A DNA stretch of 64,000 bases, taken from assembly GCA_003344405.1 (NCBI GenBank), contig NOWV01000129.1:1-64000 (forward strand), in the 5' to 3' direction. How positions within the stretch are numbered: position 1 is the stretch's first letter; every line of letters begins with the position of its first letter. Made by a program: the position numbers and the translations under genes. Below the pieces are notes generated by a model. It saw nothing but the letters and a program-made list of their open reading frames with translations. It was not told the origin of the DNA and ran no database searches. This DNA is from Trichoplax sp. H2 (Eukaryota). Positions 39,718 through 50,900 of the stretch are shown piece after piece.

Positions 39718-42700
39718 TTACAAAGACTTCATTTCACGGCAAGACATTTTATAGCACATGAAGGCTGCACAAATTAGGCAGAGTAACTAAAATTTAGAAA
39801 TAAGTGAGCATACGATCAATATATTGATTTCAAAACATACAATGGATTTAACAAGCACATGGAATTAATTAAAACAGGAATATTTTAAATGTTTGTAACT
39901 GTCGATACAAATAAATTAGGCGTTACAGCTACATGGAAATTGCTTAACATAATTTTTTATCCAACAGAGCTTGTAACAGAATTAATATTGAAATTATAAA
40001 ATTATGTACTAGATGACTGAGTTCTGAAGTATATTTGTCTCATTTATTATATTTTATTTAAGTATTCCAATTGAAATAATCTGGTATACCCTCGGGATAT
40101 CCACTAGGCGATATAGTAAATAACTCATTGGTCAAAGTTACGTACATTAATTGAAATAGATGGCGCTAATTTTTGAAATATTTAATAAACTGAGTTATCC
40201 ATTATAACTGATATACAGAATTTGATCAAGCTTTGAGCTAGTAACTGGAGTTATACTTTATAGTTGTTCTATTTATTGGTCCAAAAGCTATCTTAAGCCG
40301 GGTGAAAAGAAGGAAGTAGCTAGTTATTTTTATAGATGTTTAGAATCCAGTTACAAATGATACATGTTGCGGAGTAGATGCTATTTGAACTCCGCTGCCA
40401 CTCTGACTAATAATAATATACTAAATTATAATTTTATACAATAATTAAAGTTTCTTCGTGCTGGTTAAGAATATTCTTTAATGTTATATTTCTGCTTTAA
40501 CTAGAAAATTACTAACTTAAAATACTTATGCACAATAATTCAATCACGATTTTAGAAAAATAGAAGATCATTAAAAGTTCTATTTATCCAAAGTAACGAT
40601 ATCTACTCGCTGTAACCAGATTCAGTTTCGTAAATATTTGTAGAAAAATCTGAAACTCGATAGCTGGTTCTGAATCATAACGGTGTTTTTGACTAAATTT
40701 GTTTGATATAAAATCTCTGATTCAATGAGGATTAATGGTTAACTAATATTATACACTGTCCTGTACCTGTAATGATGCTATTGCCATGGAGAAGAAAGCT
40801 ATCAATAGTAGATGGCTATCGATGACTGTTGAGTAAGTGCCTTTGCATCCCTACAATTGGCGAATATAGTTATCTAAATTATTGTTTGATGACGGTAGAA
40901 ATTAAAGTAGCCAAAAATTATACAGATATCGTGTATTGCTTTTAAAATTTAAAATTTACCACAGTGTGAATAGAATTAAGATGTATATTGCATTGGTTAT
41001 CAAATTGAGATTTACAGCAACTTATTGGCACTAATGCACGTAAATTATCCACTTCCAGCATAGAATGCCACCTTGAATTTTCCCAGTCGGTATAATTATT
41101 AGATCCACAACAGTCATACTATGGTGGAATTAATCAATGTTAATTAGAGTAGTTAAATTTAGTAGTTAAAATTGATATCTGCTGCATCGATTAAGAGTCG
41201 ACGACATAAATAATGCTCAAGTACCGTTTTCTGCATTAAATCGAATCCTTTGGTGATTTTCTTAATGTGTGGATCGTTGGATAATAGATCATAACTTTGT
41301 TTTAGTTCTACTTCCATGTTTTCTTTAATTGTTTTTTGTATCTGCATATTGTTTATGGTTAATTCGATAAGCAAGACCGACATTTAATTAAGGGTGTAAA
41401 AATGATCCAAAAGCCTAGCTCGTATAAAACTAATATTTTAGACAATTTACAGATCAGGCTTTAAAATATTCGTTACTATAAGGAATCTGTGTTGTTCGTC
41501 AAAAGCAATTATGGTATAGTATTGAATTTGTAAAAGGAAGAATCAAATACAATCGAATTGATATCTTTAGTTTATCAACTTTACATTTAATTGTTAAAAA
41601 ATCAGAGTTTTAAAAGTAAGAAAAGTTAGAGACTGATGTAAAATTATTTATTCTGTCGTAATAATCATGATATAACTGAGTTCGAATTGGATTAGCAGAA
41701 CAGTTGTTTAGCAGTCATCAAATAACAGATACATAGCTAAATTGGACATAAAACCTTACCCGATTTTTGTAAACTAGGGTAATGACAGATGTTGTGATTT
41801 CAAGTGAAATAATTAAGAAAACCAAGGAAATAAACTAGATCAAGGAAAGAGTAAAACATTAACAATATGGTGTAGAGTGAAATTTGGAAACAGGATCTAG
41901 TTACTTGTAGAAATGATTGTTAATATTGCTTTGCGAATACCAGCATTTCATATTTAAATATGCATGCAGTTGCTTGATAAATTTATAGTTAGTACAATAC
42001 AGAAAAATTGAGTTTTATCGGAATACTTTCCCTTTTATATTCATACAATTTATGGTATGGTAAAAGTTACAGATTTATTTGCCGTTAGAATTGCAAAAAG
42101 AGGGATATAGTACCTTTTCTTTCTAATTGTGTCTCAGTACTTTGATGTAAGGAAGTGTATTTTAACTCATAAATTCAAATTTAAAAATGACAACACTGTT
42201 ATTGCTAATTTTAGACTATGCGATGTAAGTCAGTAGGCCAATATAAATAAATTTGAAATAGGATTCATAGATGAATTAAAATGTTTCTCGTTCTTAGTTA
42301 TACATAGATGATTATGAATAGATACTATGCAGAAATCAGAAAACAAACCTAGAGAACAAAATTGTGCCCAATAAGTGCTGAAATTAATGTATGGTAGATT
42401 CTATCAGCGTACACTTTCTAATTACTTTCCTAATGCAATTAAGGGCATAAATAAAAGTATGATACGTCAAGCATTAGAGTATGTGCACTTACTTCACAAA
42501 GCAATCAAGCTAAAGTTAAAGTATATCTTTTCAATGTATGCTAATTGAAAAGTCGAAGATAGTCAACCCAAATTTGTGGTTTCTTTCGTGTTTAGTACGA
42601 ATATCTGAATATAATGTTGATGAATTTGATAGCTTTTAAATTTAAAATAAATTTGAGTGTAATATACTCGTATAACTGTTGTATTTTAAATTAGTATTTT

Positions 42701-45700
42701 AAATTTAATATAAGGTATAAAATGCTTTGCAATTTGATTTATTTTTAATATGGGGATGCTATTTGATTGAAAGATTGGATAGTGGTTATTGTTTATTTAT
42801 ACTATAGATCATAATAATACAATTGGTATAGCTTATAAATGTGGTCAAAATTAAAAATTCTTTGATGTCTATATCGGAATACTATGATGTTCTGATTAGA
42901 TTGGATAGTTGCCATTCGTATAGATCACTAAATTGTAGTTTGTTTAACCCATAAACGTGAATGAATTAAAAGATCTTTTGGTATCATAATATTAATGTTT
43001 ATGTATGTATAACGATACGGCAGGCAAAAGGGCTTGCAAGCTAACGCTTTTAATGATTTTTAACAGATATGCTCAAGACTAAGCCTATTTGGAGTAAAAT
43101 GATATAATATAACTTACAACAATCGTTAAGGCTTTGCTACTTCGAACCGATGCTATACAGCCTAAGATTCCAGTAATAACAATAACAATCCCAGCTGTAA
43201 TGGCTAGATGGGCGGCGGTAAAATAATTGCTAATTGATGGCATCAGATATAAGAAAAAATACTGCGAAATATACAACCATATGCCTAATCCAAGTAAAGC
43301 TCCTCCTGATCCCTGTAATCATGAGTCATTTGCTTAAAATAAGGATTATTTAAAGCTGGATTCATTAACGTAATCAGATAGATAAAACTTATTTAGACTG
43401 ACTCTTAATTTAATTTAATAGTTATTGTTTTCCTGACTCGCAAGTATCTATTAAGGTATTATTAGTATTGATAATGTATTCAATTAATAATGTCAACATA
43501 GAGACGCCGAACATTATCTCAAAGAAGTAAACTAGAATCCGATAAAAATATTAAGATAATATAAAGAATGCTGCTATCTATGTAGAATCTAGGTAATATT
43601 TAAAGTAGTATGTCGTATACTATAACTGATGGATTGTTATCATGTCGAAATTTACAAATTGTAATATTATTACGCAATTTTTTTTCAAGCAAAAGTACTT
43701 TTTAATGCGCAATTATGTTGCAAAGCAGGATATCAGGTCAGGATGCTTTTATAAATCTTTTCTAACTTCTACTACTTTTATCTTATTTATTTTAAGATAC
43801 TGAATCGCGCCGAATAATATTTCAGCAAGTGTATCATGAACAAATTTTTAATTGATCTCCAAGTAATATTGAAACAGTATTCTGAAGATTATGCTTGTAT
43901 TTTAAGTTGATCTATAAACGTTGATGTTTAAAATTAGAGTGACAAAAACTTTTATTCCATCTATCAAATATCATTAAATAGGACTACATAGTACTATAAA
44001 TTATTCTAATCAGGAAGTAAAGTTGCATCTTTCCATTAGATAAGAAATATTTTAATTAATACTATAATTCCTAAATTTTACTATGATATATTATATAATG
44101 TTTAACATTATTAGAACGTCAAGATGCTAACGATTGTTTCAAGTTTGACATTGAACTATTATCAAATTGATTCATAAGCCTTACCCAGAATATTATGTTA
44201 GCAACAAAGAAGAAAATTTCTGCTCGTTTTCTGTTTCCCCTAGATATTATTTAAAATTGTTAGGAGTAAGCAGTAGCAATGATAAAATGCAAATGACTAG
44301 CATATATATAAGATATTATGATTTAAAAATGTTTTTCAGATCGATAAATAATTAATATAAACTTTTCAGGCTGAAATAAATGGTAGTTTTTGTGAAATGA
44401 AGGAAATTATTGCTATACCATGCATAGTTAGCATGTATTGGATTAAAGTTAACGTATCATGTACGTTTAATACCCCTAGTCCGAACTTGATGTGAGTTAA
44501 TAAGTTCTTTTAGCTAGAATGTTAATTACAGTAAGATTTAATAGTATATTACGAGTTCATTTACATCTACGTAGTAAATAAAATTGCAATTTATGAAGGT
44601 AATTCAAGTCTCAAAGAATTGGTAGCTAAATCCGTAAAAATGGAAATTAGTTATTGTAAATATAGCACTATAAGAAGAAATTATCATTCAGCAATTCAGT
44701 CCAGTGATATAACTTGAATAGAATATAATTGTTATTTAAGATTAAACTATGGATAGTAAAGATTACTGCGAGTGAGTTGATTGATTTGGTAATAAATTAT
44801 TAATCCTTAACTGTAAAAAGATTGTGATAAGTTACACTTATTAAGATTCCACAAGAATGGTTCAATATCTTCATGAATTATTCAATACTAGTAGGTTAAG
44901 ATTACGCTAAAGCTGCTGTATATCCTATACACTGGTATGCTATTAGAAGAGAAATTGGTACATAATTTACAGACAAATTAAAAATGAGATTTTTCTACCA
45001 TTTCAAATCTCAACAATTTGCATGGAGAAAAATAAAAGTAATCTCTAAGGATAAAATTAAATTCTTATATCATTTGCAAATTTAATAATAAACGCTAGTA
45101 CTTCTAGATAGTGCCAATATATTAAGATCTATTTTCTATCTAGCATTAGTGTTGCATTTTAAGTATAATAGCAAAAGTGATGTTGTAATTCAATCTATCA
45201 ATGTAAACGCAACCTAAATCGAAGCATGAAAACTACTTTAACTACACTATCTCTATTAGTGGTAGAGAATTTTTTATTTTAGGAATAAACAATAACGTGT
45301 ATCAAGGTATCAACATGGAAACAATTTCAAATTCGATGAAGAATATCTTTTACATTACATGAAAATGAGGATTAAGCTATCAATTTTTGTCCTCCTTACA
45401 TTTTGAACAATCTTTCTATCTTAGCATGAGGATATTGGTAAAGCCGAGCAAATATGGGTGAGATATGGCCAATTGGTGATAATATTAATTCTTTAAGCTT
45501 TGATATCTATTGTTGAATCATTACGATTATAACATGATAATAATATATTTCAAATAGATAGAACAAAACATTATCAAAACAGGAACAGCTGTTACATCAT
45601 CTTGGCCATTGTTACCCATTGAAAATGCAAGGTAATTAGCTTATACTCTCATAAGCTAAACTGTTTTGTCTTCATGGACAAGAGTTGAATCATTAGAATT

Positions 45701-46272
45701 AAAGGTATTCATCTAATTTGATGTATAGCGTTATTCACCGTTAGATGGCAACACCATTGATTTTATTATTTTCGATCGATACCATAATTTTCCATTTCTA
45801 TTCCTTCTTGTTATATCCCATGTAATAGAGTTGAAACAATATCGTCGCTGTTTTTTTTTATACTCCACTGCTTTTAGTATCAGGATAACAACGTCATGAA
45901 GATAAAAATTTAAAAATTACTTAGCTATTTTTAGGCATTTTCATTTTTCTATCATCAATTCTATTGAAAGTGAAATTCTTAAGCCGTTATTTATAATTTA
46001 AACAAGTTTGATAATTTAATTTTCGAATATACACGTACGTGGAATACAAAAAATTGCAATTGAAGATCTCTGGTTACGATGAATTATAGTAATAGTATTA
46101 AAATAGATCTTATTATTCACTTTTAGTCTTGAACTTGCTTTAGATAGCCTTGATTCTGTTGTATTAATGAGCAGAATGAGAATACAATGAGTATTATATT
46201 CTATACGTGTCCAGGCTAGGGATGGGTAATGTTATTGCATGCTTCGAGCATTTAAAATACTTACAGGATCAT
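39718..46272 (-). CDS. Tetraspanin F (divergent, 6-Cys EC2), ~253 aa; start exon tentative
   Basis: Minus-strand exons 44239-44185 (GNRKRAEIFFFVANIIFW|gtaagg), 43312-43118, 41834-41760, 41341-41225, 41118-40960 (YDCCG..VPISCC..QC), 40850-40767 (GCK), 39786-39718 (..SCREMKSL*). The TM1 exon has no ATG and has an in-frame TAA upstream. The best phase-compatible start exon is 46272-46265 (ATG ATC CT|gtaagt). Confidence applies to the gene; the 5' coordinate is about 0.5. Confidence 0.88.
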
Positions 46273-47916
46273 GATAAATTTGATTGTATGCCCCAATCAT
46301 GTACTTACACATAACTACCCCTATCATGATTTCATTTGTAATCGTGACATTATTATATCAACGATCTTATTGATTTGGTAAATACAATTTTATTTCCTGG
46401 AGATGAATTGGGAATTGTCGTGCAGGCGACATAAAAGGCATATGAAACATCAGTATCTCTTACAACGAAATCGCAGGATAGGAAGAATTCATTTTTTTTA
46501 TAGCCTTATTCTGCTATGTGATGTGTTGAATATAGAGATGTCTAGAGTATCGATGGCTTTTCCATATTCAACGCTGATCTTATAAGAATTATCGTTACCC
46601 ATAGCAGTGATTGGGGATTGTATTTCATTTTAGTCCGTTTTAATGGAGATTTGGTAAGTTACTCCCTGAATCAAGCAATCATACTAGAGTATACTGTGCA
46701 ACAGACTAGGAGATTTTTATACAGACAGTCGAACACACGCCATTTTGCTTCTAATGCACTATGCTGTGCTATAGTGTTGCTTTCTTGACTACGGGCACGC
46801 TTTAGTCCCTCATTTTTTCTCTATCGTAAAATACTGCTCAGTGTAAAATGGAAAATTCTCGTATTTGGAAATGCTAATATTCTACTGTACAATGATTGCA
46901 GTTAGTTAGCCTTCCAGTTGAGTAGTCTACCTATGTGACGTATGCGATCATTCAGATCTTAATTCCTCCGTTCAGGTAACCATTTGTTCAAGTTAATTTC
47001 CTACATGATACAATCCAACAAAGTTTTCCGTGTACCCCATTACTTACAGCATATTGGCTAAAACTTGTTGTACACTTGTCAGATGTAGTACAGTAAGCTA
47101 CAGGCAGTATAGGCAATGATCGAGATTTTAATGACTTCATTTAGCTAACAACTTGTCCAGGCTAATTTCCAACAAGATGCAATGTAAGACATTTTCAGTG
47201 CACAGCATTGCTGTATGTTAAATTACTTGCAGTGCGACGCAACGCGTTGTACACTTGGCTACTTACGTACATTATTCCATACTGAGTATGTTTGTATAAA
47301 TAATTGAAAATATAAAAAATTTCGAGCGGCACAAACCCAAGTTTACGACCCCTCTCGTCCCTACCCAAATTTTAGATATACATAACAAGGATCGATCATG
47401 GTAGTATCTAACTCGTTAACTTAGCTGATCCTGGAAGTTCCTGGAAGTTGGACAATGTTTCAAATGATGTTTGAATCTCACGAATGGATTCTGTTTACTT
47501 ATATCAGTGTATGCAGTGGAAGGAGGCGAATTGAACGATACCCAGTTTCATTTGTGAAAGCTAAGCAAAATTTATACAATTTACTAGCATAATTTGATGA
47601 CTTTACAAAGCGGTTTATTATTTTGTAAAATTTGATCCAACTTGAATATTGAACGTATATGCCCGTGTAGATATGATTTGGATGGTTTGTATAATTCGGC
47701 GGTTTTAAAGGGAATTTTAGGTATTGAAGATTTATTTCGGTGTCGCACTATGGTGTGCCAGATTTGAACTGGAATGATTTGACTTTTGTACGTAAATATT
47801 TGATTTGAACGATTGAAGAAAAATTTTACGAATTGTATCGAAGGTTAATATTGATATCTCTCTCTCGCTTTATAAATACATAAAGAAATTAATAGTAAAT
47901 TCAATTTTAATTTAAA

Positions 47917-50900
47917 ATGAGCTACAATCGAATAGCAAGAATATTGAAATGCAGAGATTTATCATTTTTCTGGTCATTCTACGCTTTAGTACCACTGAAT
48001 CTTGCACCAAACTACGGTAAGCGACCAGCTCATTTGGATGATAATCATGGACAGAGTACTGTATTACTCACTATTGTAGGCATATGATGCAATTAAAATG
48101 ACCAGCTAATTGGTCAGTCTTTGCATTTTATCCAAGGATACCGAATAGTATCCTTCAAGTTCACTGCCATAAGTCTAGAACTCAATCACGGAGTTTATTT
48201 CAATATTTCCGATCAGGTTTGGAGTAAGAAAGTGATGTTAAAACACTCATGGCTGCAAGATGCTTTACTGCAGATCGCCGTTGCTAGTGTGCACTCTGTC
48301 AAACAGTTTAACTGACACGGATGGGTTACCATTTGAGACGTTTTGGCAAGAAATCTCTACAATAGAGGTAAAATCAATCACTAAAAAGCACGGGAAAATT
48401 AGCGCAATTGGTGAAAGGGTACTTTATGAACATCAGGTCAATGAACATGGGCATAATCAAGATGAAGCTAGGGACTTTTTAAGTTTTCCATCTCTCTCTT
48501 AGAAGTCCCTAATGAAACTATACAGGGTATATCATCTCATATCGTTCTACATAAGACTAGACGGGGAAAATATCGTTCAATGCGAAACTAGACGAGCAAA
48601 TATCGTTCAATGTGAAGCTAGATGTGGAACTATTAGTTCAATATGAAACTAGATGGGTGCATATCGTCCAATAGAAAACCGTAGGAGGGCCATATCGTTC
48701 AATATGAAACTAGGCGAAGGCATATCAATCATTCAATAGAAAATTGTAGGAGGGTAATATCGTTCAATAAGAAACTAGATGAGGGTATATCATTCAATAT
48801 AAAAGGTAAAACTATATGAGGGCCACGTATCATTTAATATAAAGCTAGATGAGAGTACATCATTCAACGTAAAAGGTAAAACTATATGAGGGCCACATAT
48901 TATTCACTATAAAACTAGATGAGGGAATATCATTCAACGTAAAACTATATGAGGGCCACATATTATTCAATATAAAGCTAGATGAGGGTATATCATTTAA
49001 CGTAAAACTATATGAGGGCCATATATTATTCAATATAAAGCTAGATGAGGGTATACCATTGATCATTCAACGTAAAACTATATGAGGGCCACATATTCAA
49101 TATAAAACTAGATGAGGGTATATCATTCAACATAAAACTATATGAGGGCCACATATTATTCAATATAAAGCTAGATGAGGGTATACTATTGATCATTCAA
49201 CGTAAAACTATATGAGGGCCACATATTCAATATAAAACTAGATGAGGGCCACATATTATTCAATATAAAGCTAGATGAGGGTATATCATTCAACGTAAAA
49301 CTATATGAGGAGAATATATTATTCAATATAAAGCTAGATGAGGGTATACCATTGATCATTCAACGTAAAACTATATGAGGGGAACATATTATTCAATATA
49401 AAGCTAGATGAGGGTATACCATTGATCATTCAACGTAAAACTATATGAGGGCCACGTATTATTCAATATAAAACTAGATGAGGGTGTTAACAAGGGTATA
49501 TCATTCAACATAAACGGTGAAACTATATGATCATTCAAAGTAAAACTATATCAGGGCCACATATCATTCAATATATAACTAGACGAGGGCATATCATATG
49601 AAATGATACCTATGCCCTCGCATCCTTTCATATTGAATGATATGCCCTCGCATTGTTTCATATTGAATGATATAGCCTGGCATCGTTTCTTATTGAGTGA
49701 TATGCCATCGTAAAGTTTCAAATTGAATCGTCTAGCTTCTCCTTGAATGATATGGGTAGAATTTGATATTGAATGATATGGCCTCGCATAGTTTCATATT
49801 GAGTGATATGCCATCGTACCGTTTCAAATTGAATGGCATGTCCTCGTCTAGTTTCATGTTGATATGCGTATACCCTGGTCTAGTTTCTCCTAGGGTAGAA
49901 TTTCCTATAGAATAATATAAACCCTGGTGTAGTTTCATGTTGAATGATGTACCCTCGGCTAGTTTCGTGTTGGATGATATCATCCTTCAATCTGAAATTA
50001 GACGAGGGAAATATCCTTGACTATAAAAGTAGACGATGGCACTGGTACATGATGAACTTTCACGCAATGTAAAATAGAAACCTCCGCGAAAGCTGGTACG
50101 GGCTAGCCTTGTCTAGGGCAAAGTACGCACGCGTGCCAATTAGCCAATCAAATTTGTCCACGATCACAGCCATTTCAAAACATCCACCCGGCTTGAGTGC
50201 TGTTGACTTGAACCAGTGGATTGGCACTAGCAGCACTCATACTGCCCTTAGCGATAGAGCAATAACTACTCAATCATCTTTTCACTTGTCTAGAAACTGT
50301 ATCAAAGTAGACTTGCTTTGATTTCTCACACTGGATATTGTCCGTAGCCTGCTTCACTTGGTAACCCACTCCACAATCAGTACTCTACTCTACAGTATAT
50401 TGCTTGTAGCTACCCTGAATTTCAGTTACAATATCATCACTCGACTGATCGGCTTGTATCGAGTCCAGCAAATTTAGCCTGATTGAACCAGCAGCCTTGC
50501 TAGGTAGAGGAAATTGCTTGTTCCATAATCGAGTGGTTGGCCTAATTTTTCTTCATATTGATCCATTGGCTGTCATCATTAGTGATCAAAGCGACATCAT
50601 CACCAATTCTACAGTAGATGAATGCTATTTTACTGATATAGCATATAAAGTGATTGGCGATATCCAGTTGATCAACATCTCTCTTTGAATCGAAGTTAGC
50701 TTGGTGCACTTGCTTTGCTGGTCCATTCTATTGCTCGTAGATTGTGTTGGAAACGATCAGCGATATTCTTCCACTTTATTATTTGTTGCTAATAGTGGCT
50801 TAGGACCATTTTTGTCCAATATTGCTGTACACAAGTAGAGCCCAATTATTATTACCTGTCTTAGGCGTCGATTCAAATCCAAAATTGACCTTATCTTGAT

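Noticed and set aside
48860..49983. Repetitive ORFs 48860-49066 and 49732-49983 as proteins
   Set aside because: They are translations of the satellite. Neighbouring units carry stops and non-triplet indels.
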